IMG/VR virus record: IMGVR_UViG_3300045125_000031
Span: 1 to 64,000 of that record
From: a virus
Strand: one strand, 5' to 3'
Length of the DNA stretch: 64,000 bases
Numbering within the stretch: position 1 is the first letter of the stretch; every line of letters begins with the position of its first letter. Shown here piece by piece: positions 46,913 through 60,554 of this stretch. The position numbers and the translations under genes were made by a program. The notes beneath the pieces were generated by a model, which saw nothing but the letters and a program-made list of their open reading frames with translations, did no database searches and was not told where the DNA came from.

Positions 46913-49900
46913 TCATACTGCAGATGAGGTAGACTGTTGCCATAAAACGTCTTGGTAGATATTGTACTCACATTCACCAATACCAAAAACCTTATCTGTA
47001 CCAGTTATTATTTTATTTGTTCCTACGTAACTCTTATATACATCTTCTGGGTCTACACCATAATAACTAATTGAAGACTGTACTAGAACACCGTTCCATA
47101 GGAAGAACTCTGGTACCCAATACTCCCAATCTAAGGTCAAAGGCCCAGATCTCTTTACCTGGAACCAAGGTCGCTTAGAAACCTTTTGAACTTCCTGTAA
47201 GTTGGTAGATTGATAATAAGATATATTGTTAAATAACAATGGTCCGTTTAATTTTATAGATCCAAATACTCCAGAAATATCAAGAAGGTTGAAGAAAAAG
47301 AAATACCAAGGAACGCCCACTGTTTAATGGTTAGGACTGGGTCCTTAACAATCTTGCCATTGAGATAAAATGCTATTCCATTTTCTATTCTTCCAGTTAA
47401 TGCATTAACTCCGTAGATCTTTCCTCTTCGTCCAGTTTGATCATTTGCAACTATATAAAATCTTAATGTATGAATTTTTGCTTCGTGATTTCAAATATTT
47501 GTTGAGGCGCATATGGGAAGTAGTCTTCATCAAATCTAACTGCAAGTTGCATAGCCATAATCTTATCGAAGTCTGAAGTTTGATTTTCATTTATTGGAAT
47601 CAGCAAACCTCTATTGATTAAAGGATCTTGCTTACCTCTAATTTGAATACCACTTGTTCTTGTCATATATAAATATGGCGATGTATTTTTATAAATACTG
47701 TAAGGATTTTTTCCTTTGTAGTTATAATAAATGCCAGATTTTTTATACGGATACATCTTTACATAAGGACTTGTTCCTATAGGGTTGCTATTATTATTAA
47801 AAGCCTGAGAACAATATTCTAGTTTCTTAAGTTTAACTTTTGTTTCTTAAAATATTTTTTACTTTAAATTCTAGGTGAGTAACCAAAGAAAAGTTCATTA
47901 AAGTCTACGTTAGAGGGAGGATAAATAATCATATTATCTATAACTTCGTACTTACTACTTACCCAGTTGTTTCCTGGTTCTACAGTTCCTTCTTTTGCTG
48001 CTGGTTCAATATGTGTAAAGAAAGAACTGCTTTGAGTTGCTCCTGCCTTAGTGTATTGAAAACTTACAAAAGATCTTACAAGAGATTCACTAGTGTCATA
48101 TTTATATGTTCTGGTTACATTATATTGTAAATCTTCATAATCTCGATATCCAGTAAACAAAAAATTATCCAAAGAGTCGTATGTTCTTTTTTTAGGATAA
48201 TTAAACTTATTATAAAGTTCTGCATAACTCCATTCTGTTGGGTCTGTTTCTATTTCAAAAAACTTAGATGGTGCTGGATAGTTTATGTTAAACTGCAAGA
48301 AGTCTAGGTCATATACCCTGTCTCCTTCTGCATCATCAACAAATTGTGCATAATATGTTAGTGGTTGATAATCTTCCCAATATCCAACTGTATCTATATC
48401 AAGTTGATATTCATCAAAATATCGTGAAGCAACTAATGTATAACTAGCAGTATGATCTAATATTTTATCAAAAGCATTAATCCAGCAGTACCGCCATCCA
48501 AAATATAATCCCAGAGTTGTTGATTGTACAGCCCACCGTCCAAAGTAATAGAATGTATATAATCTTCAATTGTGTCATAATCTGATGGAAGTCCATCTGC
48601 ACCAAATGCTGGTGCAATTAAAGAATGATTCCTGGCATTTGAAAGTCCAACCTTATAAATATTCCCATCAAACCATGAAGCAAAATTTTCATCATTTCCA
48701 ATGTAAAGTTTGCACTGTGAAATATTTCCAAGGATCGCTGCTACCTCTCCTCCATACCATCTAATTAAATTTTCAATATGGAATCCAGCATAAAACTTTT
48801 CACCAGTTATTATTTCTATACTTTCATGCTCAATTTCTGTAGGTAGATTATCTCCAAACTTTTACAACATATGTAATCTTTTTTGCATCTTGATAAAGAT
48901 ATATGAAAATAATTTGATTAGGATCTATAACTTTAAATAAAGTCATAGGCTGCTCAACACCATTAATATACTTGCAGATCCAGTTTTCTTGAAATACACC
49001 GTAGATACTTTTAACTTCTTGTGCTAAGAAATTTAAATTATTAAAATATAGTTGGGCACAGTAGTCAGAGTTTGGCCTTACCTTAAAATATTCATCTCCT
49101 AATTCTGAAGGTAACTGAGAGTTTATGGATAGCCAGTCGTTATAATATAAACTACTATTTGCTCCTTGATAATTAATTAAAAACTCTGAAGGTTATAGTC
49201 TGGCGTAGAAAGCATATTATTTTCATAATTTAAATTATCATTTATTCCTTGATTCCAATTTCCTATATCTGGATAAGAATAGTTATTTGAATAGTCAGCA
49301 AATGCATAATCAATAAGCAAAGACTGTCCACTATATGCTGTATTTATATTATCTGGTGCTTGAACACCCTGTCCAAAAACTAGTCTTCTTTGGCTACAAT
49401 ATTAGAAACTTTATATGGGTATATCCCCACACAATCTATTTCTATTGGTGACACATCTTCGTATGACCAGAACCCAAGCCATTCTTTTGTAGAGTTAAAC
49501 TCTAAATCAGCAGTTTTATATGATAAAGACAATACCTCTTCGCCATTTATATAAAGTTTTGAAGAGTTGTCTAAATATAAAATATGAACAAGCATTGGTC
49601 TTGTCCACTCCCAATGTAATGTGATGCTGACTTATTACCTATCTTTAAAACTAAAAATGGACCATCTACATATAAACCGCTGTCATTTACTAAACTTCCA
49701 AATATCTTTTTAGGTTCTGTAGCATTACAATTTATTCTTAGCCACATTTCAACTGTATATGTTCTATACTTTCCATTATCATTTAAAAATCCTTCAGATG
49801 GAAGAATTAAAGATGGTTTGCCATCGTTTGGAGTTATAACTGTACAATTTTCTGTTCCATAAACCATTGGCGCTCCAACATTTTTAGCAACAAGAGAATT

Positions 49901-50610
49901 TTTCTTAATAAGATAGTACCCAGTGTTTTCTTCTAATCCATAAGATCTTGCTGGATATCCGTACTCGGTTTCATCAAATATTCCAGTAGGTATTTGTACT
50001 GGAGTAATTCCTAAAGATGTTGACGCAAACTCTTCTGACCATTGTCCAAGTGTTAAACCATTTACTAAAATTGTGTTTTCTTCAGAATCAGAATACCCGC
50101 CAAGAAAGTTTGCTTTAAATACTAATCTCATTTCACCACTAATATTCGGTACAGTAAATGAATTAGAAAGGAACATCCACTTTTCCATTATTGTTGTATT
50201 AAATATTTTTGTCTTTTTACCCAGTCACCTAGTGGTACATCGTAATATTCATAACCAATTTCATAACTAGTTATATAAGCACTATTTGAATAGACATAAA
50301 CACCTATACAAAAAGTTCCTAAATCTTTATTAATATCAGAGAAATCTAAAATGCTTGAACTAACGCATGAGAAAGAACCGCTATCAGATGATATTACATT
50401 ACCAGATATTTTAGTTACACTAGAATTTGTAAAAGGTTCTCCAATTATCCCTAATGCTTCTTCAATTGAACATCCTTCTGTAGCAACTATAAATGTTTCT
50501 ATCAGCGTCAGATATTAATGATAAATAGTCTGCGCTATCATCTAAAGACCAAAGAGCGATTGATGAATTGCGAATGCTTTTTCTGCATATAGGTTAGATT
50601 GGATAGACAT
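46913..50610 (-). CDS. Large virion structural protein (~1,200 aa) with a LamG/concanavalin-like region
   Basis: Start MSIQSNLYAEK...ALWSLDD; YTVEMWLRIN and SKLYINGEEV LamG-like strands; several ORF fragments tile the region. Confidence 0.6.
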
Positions 50611-50630
50611 TATGAGTCTATTTTATCACA

Positions 50631-52680
50631 CTACGAGATTTTTATTTCGCAAGCATCTGTAGTACAGTACATTTCTCCCTGTGCCTCGAGATTTTCCGCT
50701 CCGTCATAAATAGCAGACCAGTCAATCTTTTTGATATTGCTCCAATATAACTGAGTCATATTCTTCTTTAGTAATTTGAGTGTATGGCTGTTGAGGATAT
50801 GTATGATTTCCCATTGGCAAGAATGAAACAGCCTTTAGTTGTCCTTCGTACATATGAAGTGCTGGAGCAACATGCTTTGACTCAGTTTCTTTGTCAAATG
50901 AAAGCGTTACAGAAACACCATTATCAGACCAGTATTTTTGAGCAGTAGCAGCAAGCGCAATCTTCTCAAATAATGTTACATCCTTTTCAGATCTTGGATG
51001 TCCAGAATGAACTGGGAAATAAACTACAGATGTATTTGCAGATACGAGGTCTGCTTCAATCTTATATCCCGCTGCTTTAAACAAATGCAATCATTGGATC
51101 TGTATTCCCAAAACGAATTGCACGCAAGAAATAATCTCCTCCTGGTGCCCAGTGAACTCCTGGGGTTGCACCAGAAAGAATTGATACTGATCCTGATGGC
51201 TTAACAGTTGTTACACGAATTGATTCACGAACACATAGCCATTCAGAATATGAGTGATCATATTTACGAATAGTTTTATATCCTTCATCCATCCATTCAC
51301 GAACTACTGGCAAGCCATATTTATCTGCAGAATGATGCAATACCTGTAAGAGATGTTCCAATACGACGATTACGTTGCATGATTCCATTTGTCTGTTGCC
51401 AATGTGTTGGAATTAATGTAACAGTCTTTCCATAAAGATAAGCAAACTTGAGTGTCTGCAGGAAGTCCTCCTTAGATTCATGACGATTCAAATGTACTTC
51501 GACTAGAGTACATAATTCGTATGACTTCTAATGGCTGCTCCGCACATGGATTGAAGCCCATAACACGATAATCTTTGCCATCTGCTGGATCTGCAAGACG
51601 ACCATAATTACGAGCAACATCAAGCCAGATAAATCCTGGCTCTCCGTTATCTACAATTAGATCTACATAGTCTTCATACTTTGTGCCTACTGTTGCAGAA
51701 ATAGAATTATTAGACATCCATGCCCAACCTGGATTTTCTGGATCATATGAATTACGCTCTGGAAATACTTCTGCATTCTTTAAGATTAATAAAATCTTCA
51801 TCTCCTGCAGCACCCAAGTGCAAGGGTGGCAGAACGACGAACATTTCCTGAAACAACACAGGTACCAATAAGATTTACGATATCTACAATTGCTCGTGAA
51901 TCAAGTGTTTCTCCTGCTCTACCGCCAATTACAGTCACGAATGCGTGTATGTGAAGGTCAATAAGTGGCTGCTGGACCGCTTGCAACGCCTCCAAAGCCC
52001 TTAATAGGGGCTCCTAGAGGACGGATAAGGTCATAGTTAAACTCTTGAATTGCTTGATTTGGCTTTAAGTATGAATTAATAACATTCTTACAGACTCTAC
52101 CCAACCTTCACGAGTATCTGGAATTTCATAAATAGATGCTGGTTCTGTTGGAGCATAAATAGGCAAATTGCTTTTCTTGTCCAACAGTATCAAATCCAAC
52201 TCCAATACCAAGCATTAATGCATCCATAACCCAAGCAAATAGTGCTCCTGGATCATTTTTGATCAATGATCTCTTGTAGATACCATTGCACAATTTTGAA
52301 GGGCAGCAGAATTTTTCTTCTCCATAGTCATAGGAGTACCAAATGCCCACAGGCCACGTCCTGGTGGAGTCCACTTTAAATTCAAACATTCTTTGAAATG
52401 CTTCTTGTGCAGATTTCTGAGCCTTATTGTCATTCCATGGTAGACGATTTTCTTTAGCATGATTCTTCTGTACTGAGTACATACCCTCGATTACACGACT
52501 GACAAACCTCATGCCAGCGTTCTTTAGTTCCATCTTCCTTCACACGAGAGTAGGTACGAATAAATGTAATCTCTCCCAAGTGAATTGCCTCCAGCATCCG
52601 TAAATCCGAATGGTGGCTCTTTGTCTTTATACTTATTTACGAACTCTTCTAGACAAACGAAAACTAAAAAAATCAGACAC
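50631..52680 (-). CDS. nrdJ: Class II (adenosylcobalamin-dependent) ribonucleoside-triphosphate reductase
   Basis: FIRTYSR, WTPPGRGLW, ALQNCA, VVSGNVRRSA, GFNPCAEQ, TTVKPSGSVS, WSDNGVSVT and C-terminal YCTTDACEI. Confidence 0.93.
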
Positions 52681-52768
52681 TGTTATTCTCCTTAAGAAAC
52701 TGTAATTATTAAAGTATACCAGAGTTTTTAATTTTGACAAACTCTAATGCTATTATTTAGGTTGATAG

Positions 52769-53350
52769 TTATAGAGTTTGCCAATGTAGGTATTCTCTAA
52801 AATATCCATGCTGCATTACTGTTGGGTCTACCCACCAATCTTCATTGTAAGATCTTTGAACAAGGGCATATCCAAATGAATCAAGTATCTCTCTTTGTAC
52901 ATCTCTAATTTTACTATTTCTCCAATACATGTCCGAATCGTGTTCAAATGTAATTACGCTAAATCTGTATGTATTTAATGGCATTGCTATAAGACCTTGC
53001 AGCGTCAAATGACTATTCCCAACTGGCCTTCCTGCCATATCATATCCAGCGTCTATGTCTAATTGCAAATAGTCTATTTGTTTTGGAAAGTTATTTTTTT
53101 CAAAATAATCCATATAGTTAAATGATAGGGCATCTCCCATGCATGGATTCTTTCTATTAGCATTAAACTCTTCTTTCATAGAGTCTATTATTTCAAAAGA
53201 TACTCCAGTCCAATCATACTCATTTTCTAGCAAGTATGTATTATTACCATTGCTGTAGTGTGCTGCCCCAAGTTCTACATAGTATCCATTCTTTTTACCA
53301 TTTAAAATATTAATAATAAATTCTTCTTGCTTTGTAGTCATGTGTGTCAT
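52769..53350 (-). CDS. FkbM-family SAM-dependent methyltransferase
   Basis: GYYVELGA...NNTYLLE..YDWTGVSFE...IDYLQLDID...FSVITFEHD. Confidence 0.8.
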   Translation of the reverse strand: MTHMTTKQEEFIINILNGKKNGYYVELGAAHYSNGNNTYLLENEYDWTGVSFEIIDSMKEEFNANRKNPCMGDALSFNYMDYFEKNNFPKQIDYLQLDIDAGYDMAGRPVGNSHLTLQGLIAMPLNTYRFSVITFEHDSDMYWRNSKIRDVQREILDSFGYALVQRSYNEDWWVDPTVMQHGYFREYLHWQTL

Positions 53351-53911
53351 TGAAATAAATCTCCTTTTAGTCTTGTCGGTTTTTTTCTGTTCCATGGATA
53401 AAAACGGTAGAGAAGTATCTTATTGTATCATCTAAAACTGGAAGAGATCCGTGAACAATGTGCCCTCCATGTATATATAAAGAATTAGATTTTGGCTTAA
53501 CCGTAATATTAATATCTGGATAGTCTAACTCTCCACCAGTATATTCATCATTATAATATAAACAAAAGCCATATCCAATATAATAGTCTATATCTGTTCT
53601 CCATTGATCTGCATGATGCGTTATAAAATCTCCTTTTTTATATCTCTGTAAATGCAGTTTATCTGGATAATAAGAATATGACTCAAATAAATTTTTCATT
53701 TTTTCATTTATATCGTCAAAAATATTTTTGTCTTTAAAGCATAAAGTTTTTCCAAACCAAAAATCTGGAATATTTTGTTCTTTTTTCATTTCTTCATCAA
53801 GCCATTTATCTTCTGAAGTATTTTTATAATTTTATTAACTTCAAACATTTCTTCATCAGTAAGAAAGTTATTAATTTCATACACATCATCATATAGTTTA
53901 TTAATTTTCAT
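53347..53911 (-). CDS. 2OG-Fe(II) oxygenase, prolyl-4-hydroxylase-like (#8)
   Basis: HADQW...LYYNDEYTGGELDYP...HGSLPV...TIRYF. Confidence 0.85.
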
Positions 53912-53916
53912 TTTAG

Positions 53917-54586
53917 TTACATATACTTATTGTTAAATATATGACTTACCTCCAAGTGATTTATATTCATATGTTTTGGCAATGAGGCCACCCACCTAAT
54001 TGTTTCAGCCATGTCGTTAGCAGTAAGGGCATTATCTTTTTTCTATTTGTGTGTCAATTGTCCCTGGACATATTTCTGTTATCTTTATTCCATATTCAGG
54101 AAATTCCATACGCATTGTATCTATTAACGCCATTTGATCCTCGTTTGGCATTACTATAATTGCCTCCGCCTCTAAATGGAACTTTTCCACATAAAGATGT
54201 TATAAAGATAATTGTTGCAGACTCTGATTTTTTCATAGATGGAGCAAATAACTGAGACAAGTACATTGGCCCAGAAACATTAATATCATATGCTATTCTA
54301 AAATTTTCCATAGTTTCATTAATAATATGTGTTGGTCCAGAACCTCCGCCAGCATTATTAACTAATAAGTCTAATGTTATGTTTTTATATTTTTCAAAAA
54401 AAGTATTTAATTTCATTCTCTTTTGTTATATCTAATTTATAAATTTCTACCATTATCAGATAATAATCCAGACATTTTATCAACATCTCTCGAAACAGCA
54501 ATAACCTTATATCCGTTTTCAGATAAAAGTTTAACGGTTGCATAACCTACACCTTTACTTGCACCAGTAACGATGGCTGTTTTCAC
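53917..54586 (-). CDS. Short-chain dehydrogenase/reductase (SDR)
   Basis: GTG start MKTAIVTGASKGVG (TGxxxGxG), LLVNNAG, YSNAK (YxxxK), EICPGTIDT. Confidence 0.9.
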
Positions 54587-55317
54587 TACATGCCTTGCTG
54601 CTGGTTAAGTTGCATATTGTTATGTATCCAATGACCTGGGACCATATACTTAACACCAGACTTTACTGTATGTGCCGTATGAAAATATGGCGCTTCTGCT
54701 GGGAAAATAATAACGCTATTTGCTTTTGGTTTTATTCCGAAATCTATTGCATTGTTTGCAACAGCATCATCATAATCTAAATTAACTGGTGGAGCACCAT
54801 GAACCCATCCATCTTTGCTATTCCATCCACCATCATAATTTTTTAATTGAAAGGATATCTCTCCACCATCGCAGTCATCATTTAAATACATGACTAGAGA
54901 GTATCTCAAAGTCTTATCGCCATCTAATTGATCGAAGTGTGCACCCATTGCCATTCCAGTATAATATTTCTTAATATTAAATGTTGGGAATAGCCTTGGC
55001 TCGTCAAAATCACCTAGTGACTCTGCATAATCCTTACATACATTATATAGGGTTGTCATGACTGAATCATAAATATATTTGCTTTTTTCTCCAACTATAC
55101 CGCCAGACTTTGAGATGGCATCTATATCAAAAGTCTTTGTTTCTCCATAAATAAAATCTTTGTCATTAGAAGATGTCCACTTTTGCCAAAGATTAACCTT
55201 TGTATCATCATAAAACTCCATGGTATCTAACTCACTTAAAGTTTTTAAAAACACATCAAAGTTATCTATTGCGTCTGTATAATAATATACTTTTGGATCA
55301 AGAATTTCTCTATTCAT
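54586..55317 (-). CDS. 2OG-Fe(II) oxygenase, prolyl-4-hydroxylase-like (#7)
   Basis: HFDQ...MYLNDDCDGGEI...FHTAHTVKSGVKYM; intact ORF. Confidence 0.88.
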   Translation of the reverse strand: MNREILDPKVYYYTDAIDNFDVFLKTLSELDTMEFYDDTKVNLWQKWTSSNDKDFIYGETKTFDIDAISKSGGIVGEKSKYIYDSVMTTLYNVCKDYAESLGDFDEPRLFPTFNIKKYYTGMAMGAHFDQLDGDKTLRYSLVMYLNDDCDGGEISFQLKNYDGGWNSKDGWVHGAPPVNLDYDDAVANNAIDFGIKPKANSVIIFPAEAPYFHTAHTVKSGVKYMVPGHWIHNNMQLNQQQGM

Positions 55318-55318
55318 T

Positions 55319-55977
55319 TTAATACCTATTTCTTTCGTAATGACCTATTTCTTTTATAAAGCCGACTATAACATATCTTATTGGCCCATCCCCTACATGC
55401 TTTACACCATGCTCTATACTCTTCATTTCCTGGAAAAAACAATAAGTCTCCTGGTTTTGGCCTCAATGATATATCTTTATTTGGAAAGAATAATTCTCCA
55501 TCTACGTAGTCATCATTAATGTATATTATTGTTGCATAGTGTATAGATGGATCTGTATGCTGATCAGTATGTGATTTCAGTTCTACTCCCTTTTGCATTC
55601 TTTGAATAGTGGCAAGCCCACTAAGTTCAAGTCCTGGGAAAGAAGGGTGAATTATATTTGCTAGTCTTCCGTAAAAACATTTTGTTCTGGGTGATGCTTA
55701 ATATTTAAATTTTTATCTACCCAATTTTGAGTAATTTCAAATTTCCCTTCAGCGACTAAGTTGTCAACATCTTCTCTGCCAAACTTTTCTAAACAAAATC
55801 TTTTTAGATTTCCCATATACTCTACTTCCCAATCTTCTTGAGACGCACCATTAATTATATTCCAAATAAAATCTAATTCTTCTTTTGTCAAAAAGTCTTT
55901 AATCCAAAGTAGTTCTGGAGTTACTTCTTCAAACTCTAAGTTATTATTTTTAAATTTTCTTTCAAAGAATCCATCAT
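55319..55977 (-). CDS. 2OG-Fe(II) oxygenase, prolyl-4-hydroxylase-like (#6)
   Basis: HTDQH...IYINDDYVDGELFFP...EHGVKHVGDGPIRYV after correcting indels. Confidence 0.85.
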
Positions 55978-55978
55978 A

Positions 55979-56731
55979 TTAAACAGCATCTCCTTTAAAT
56001 AGATATTTATTGCCATCTTCATCTATTTTATATCCATCTTTTAGAAGTTCTTGCCATTCTGCTCTTTCAACTTCTTGCTTGGCTCTAGTCTCTTTCATTT
56101 CTTGCGCCCAAGCGTCTCTTAGTTCCTGTGGATATGCATCTTCTTCACGATCATCCCAGAATGAACCTATTGTATATCTAACTCCACTAGTTATAAGAGT
56201 TACCTCATGCATATTGTTGAATCCCCCGTCAAAAGCAGCAAGCATTCCAACTTTAGGCTTTATGCTTATTTGTTGATCTGGGAAATGCAAAAGTCCTCCA
56301 TCAAAGTTATCATTCAAATATAAAAATGCAGCATATCTACTTCTAGTAAATGCTCCAGAGTTTCCGTGTTCATCTGTATTATCAGAATGCTTTCTAGCAT
56401 AAGCCCCTGGTTCCCATTTCTGAGTATGATATCCAATTTGAGATATTATCTTTGAATCTAAATCATGAACGCTGGCAACTGCTTCTACAATACCCTTTTT
56501 AATTGTGTAAAAATATCAGAAGGTAAACCTTCGGCAATTACATGCTCGTCGTTATCTTGTGGCAAAACAGAAGAATAAGATTCATAAAACGATATAGGCA
56601 TCCAACTAATGGTCCCTATTTCTGCATGTTTATCTAAAACTTTTATAAGTTTATCGGCAGTTTTCAGAATCAATAAAGTTTTCATAAACAACTATATCTT
56701 TTGTTAGTCTAACTTTATTTTCTAAGTTCAT
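55979..56731 (-). CDS. 2OG-Fe(II) oxygenase, prolyl-4-hydroxylase-like (#5)
   Basis: KHSDNTD...LYLNDNFDGGLL...MHEVTLITSGVRYT. Confidence 0.87.
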
Positions 56732-57604
56732 CTAATTCTAACTCCTTCGATTGAATCTTTATTTGCAGCATATTTGCCTATCATCTCTTTATGTAATTTA
56801 GACCAACTTTCAGTACCAAGTTCTTTTTCTTTATCAAACCACTCCTGATCACCTATCTCCATATTTTTTCAAATAGTTTCTTATTAAGTATTTTTCTGTT
56901 TTAAAAGATGGGAAAACGCCATGTAAGTAAGGTTGATTATTTTTATTTAAAACATCTGGGTGTCCACTAGGGAAAACTACCCAATCACCTGCAACTGGTT
57001 TATACTTTATTAGATTACCATCTATATAAAAGTCAAGTTCTCCTCCATCATAATCATCATTAAAATAATAATTAGCAGTTATTGCAAACTTATAGCCTGG
57101 ACTTTTTACTGGCTCTCTTACATAATCAGAATGATATCGCATTGACATTACAGTATCTATATTTTTATTATATCTGCATATAGAAGGTCCTTCTTTTTTC
57201 CATAAAGGCAAATAATTTCCATCATGGTCTTTTGTTATTTCTTCTTCATTATAATTAAACATGTCTTTATATTTAGAAATATATGCGTCCATAGTTTTAT
57301 TAAAACCATTACTTATTTCTAACAAAAGATATTTTTGATCTTCTTGTATTTTACTATTAGTTTTTAAGTCATTTATCAATTGAGAATTAAATTCAGCAGG
57401 CTTTCCTGTTTTTGGATTTAATTTAGAAAGTTCTGGAAAAGCAGTCTGAATATAACGACCAAAACCTTGCCAATCAGACCATTCTCCTAAAATTCTATCT
57501 GAATTATTGTTAGCAGATTCTTTAACTATCTCATATAATCTTTCTGGTTGATCATTAACATTTTTATATATCATTATGTTTTCATATAATTCTATCTCTT
57601 CCAT
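56728..57604 (-). CDS. 2OG-Fe(II) oxygenase, prolyl-4-hydroxylase-like (#4)
   Basis: YHSDY...YYFNDDYDGGEL...YLHGVFP...TEKYLIR. Confidence 0.85.
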
Positions 57605-57606
57605 TA

Positions 57607-58364
57607 TTATCTCCTTATTCCTTTTTTTGGATCCCAAGACTTTACTTCTTCTTCTGTAGGAAAAATTCTATGGTACTTTGTATTTGGGTCTGGTTTTACA
57701 TCTCCAGTATGCTCTAAAATTTCCCAGAAAAACGGACATGTATATCTTAAAGATTTTGTGACTTCTGTTACTCCATGTACATAGTTCATGTCTCCTGGGA
57801 AAAAATATGCCGAACCACGTTTTGGTTTAAATTGAACTTTTTGATATGGAAAGTATAACTCTCCACCCTCATAATCATCATTGATGTAAAATAAACTTGA
57901 AATATCATAATATGGAAAATCGTTTGGTAATCCAGCATCTGATCCAAAATGCAATTCTTTGTCTGCGTGAGGCATTTGGAACTGTCCTGGATTCCACTTA
58001 ACAATTGTTTGTCCTGTAGACTGTACTTTGACCTTAAAAAAATCTTCAATAATTGGTTGAAGTCTACTAAATAATCCTACTAAAACTGGAAGAATTTTTG
58101 GATCATTTGCATTTAAAGATGGCGCAGTTGCAACTCTATCTTTCCAATAACTTGAATCATAAATAACAGTTCCATTTTTCATTTATATGGCTTTGAGTAA
58201 CATCCCAGATAGTTATGTTTCTTGCTGCTTTTTCTAAAAAATCAACTTCTTCTTCAGTCATAAAATTTTTCTAACTCAACTATATTTTCAGCACCATAGC
58301 CAAAAAACCCAGATGGGGTGATTGATGGATGTCTTATTACTTTTACTGCATCTTCTGGTATCAT
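57607..58364 (-). CDS. 2OG-Fe(II) oxygenase, prolyl-4-hydroxylase-like (#3)
   Basis: PHADKE...FYINDDYEGGELYFP...YVHGVTEVTKSLRYT. Confidence 0.88.
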
Positions 58365-58376
58365 ATTATTATTATA

Positions 58377-59083
58377 TCATCCTATAGTATTATCTTTTAC
58401 GTATAATTTTAGGGTTTTTACTTCATGAGACCCTACAGATTCATTCTTTTCATTTACCGCATTTCTATACCAATCGGTCCAGTTGCCAGATGAATTAAGC
58501 ACTTGTGCTGCTTCTCCGTAGGCAATGTTTGCATTTGTTCTAGAACGATCTACATCTTTATATTCTACAATCTCAATTGATGTATTATTTAAATTTGTTA
58601 AAGATATTGGAATAATTGTTGCAATAGGAGTTCCTGCTTTTATAATAGTTTCTACGTTAGCCTTTTTGCCTTAAGAGCAAGAGGCAACGGGTTATCATAA
58701 AATGAAGTACTTATTACACTAGACATAGTTTCAAAGTCATCATTAAAATAATTAACTGGATGTATTGTCCAAATACTAACATCTGGATCTGTTCTAAAAA
58801 CCAAAGAAGTGTTTAAACTTATTGAAGATTGACCTCTTCCAGAGTATGAACCTGATGGACTTACAATCTTTATATGCTGGTCTGTCTGATCATTTATTCC
58901 ATCCCACGTAAAAACTATATCTTCTGAACATGAAAGATACCAACCTATAACATTTGACTGAGTTACTGGAAAACATCTATATGCGTGGTTTTCAGACGTT
59001 AAGTCCATCCAATCTCTTTTAATTGACATTGGTTCGATGTTAAAAATACATCCCTGCATTTTTTCAACAGTAATATTAAACAT
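58377..59083 (-). CDS. DUF6065-like protein
   Basis: KRDWMDLT..NHAYRCFPVTQSNVIGW...DIVFTWDG...IKAGTPIATIIPI; family pattern recognised from memory. Confidence 0.65.
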
Positions 59084-59766
59084 TATTCATTTGCCCACTT
59101 TGGATCATACATATCTGGTGTATGATATTTTTACCTGTAATCTAACATTGTTACAATTGAATATTTAGTTCCAGAGTGTACTGGCATTGCTTGATGTGGA
59201 TACATAAAATTTGACGGGAAAACATATAGATCTCCAGCCTTTGGTTTTATATTTAGATTTTGCAGTCTAAAGTATAACTCTCCACCATCGTAGTCGTCAT
59301 TAATATAGGCAACTAAGGAAACGGTACAGTTATAAGAGAATCCATGGTCATGGTGTTCTTTGAAGTGTTGGCCTGGTCCATACTTGATAAAGTTAAGGCT
59401 TCCCAATATTTTAACGGCATAATGTTGTAATCTCTACGATAATCATCTACTGCTGCTGCCTGTGCATCATATACATCTTGCCAAATTCCCTGAAGCAATA
59501 AAGAGTCCTTGCTTGGATCTGATTCAATATCAGTTTTCTTAAACTTAAAGTCATAGCAGTCACGATAGTCTGGCATTAATTGTTGATATCCTACATATGC
59601 TGGTAGCCAGTGATAAGGCTTACCCTCTGGAGATAATTCCGCCCCATGGTGCTGGAGAACCCAAAATATTTTCTAATCTTTCTATAATATTTAGTTCTGG
59701 CTTAATGACACCTCTATAGCAAGTAATTCCAAACCCTAATGTTTCTTTTTCTGTCCAAGTTGACAT
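59083..59766 (-). CDS. 2OG-Fe(II) oxygenase, prolyl-4-hydroxylase-like (#2)
   Basis: EHHDHG...AYINDDYDGGELYF...YPHQAMPVHSGTKYS. Confidence 0.88.
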
Positions 59767-59777
59767 GATATCTCCTT

Positions 59778-60554
59778 TTACCTATACTCTCTTCTTGTCC
59801 AAACTTTATCTTTATATACCCCGCCATCTGGTTGACGATAAATATTTGCGTTATCTACTATTTTAGCATATACCGTTGATGAATCAAGAATATCAAGTTC
59901 GTGTCTCCCAATTTTCTCTTTTAAATGGGAGTATCTGCAAGTATGGTGTTCCTGCTGGTATAGTTCCCTCCCAACCTTCAATAATAAAAATGGAAAACTA
60001 CCTAATAATTCAACTTTATCTGAATCTACTACGCCAGTAGTATTCATAAAAGGTAGATCAAACCTATTCATAGGTGTCATAAATAATGCACTATAGCCTT
60101 CTGGTAACTTCATGCCCCAGTCTGGCATCCAGGCAAAATGATCTTTGTAATATCCTTGAGGATGTTCAAATTGTGCCATTGGTGGTCTAGATGTACAAAA
60201 ATCTCGATACATTTGATTTCTATTTTAAAATCTAAAGATCCTTTATTATTTTTAGTAAATGTAATGTCAGTTGAGTTCTAAATACATATCCAGTTATAAA
60301 GGCATCCATGATTGCTGGACATGCTTTCTCATGTAGGAATCATTCCATAATCATCTGTAGTTCCAGATTTTGGAAATGGACAAACCTCTTTGGGGCCTTA
60401 TAGTATTCTCCATTAATTGGATTTTTAGCAAACCTATCAGCATCCTTATACCATTGAGGTATTTCTTTTTGTGTAGGAGTTGGGGCAGATTTGCTTTCTT
60501 TGTTAGCCAAGGACGGTATGTCTTAAAAGAGACACTTTTTATATCATCGGACAT
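59778..60554 (-). CDS. DUF6065-like protein (second, divergent)
   Basis: IPQWYK...KACPAIMDAFITGYVF...LPEGYSALFMTPMNRFDLPF...GVVDSD...TIPAGTPYLQILPFKRE. Confidence 0.5.
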
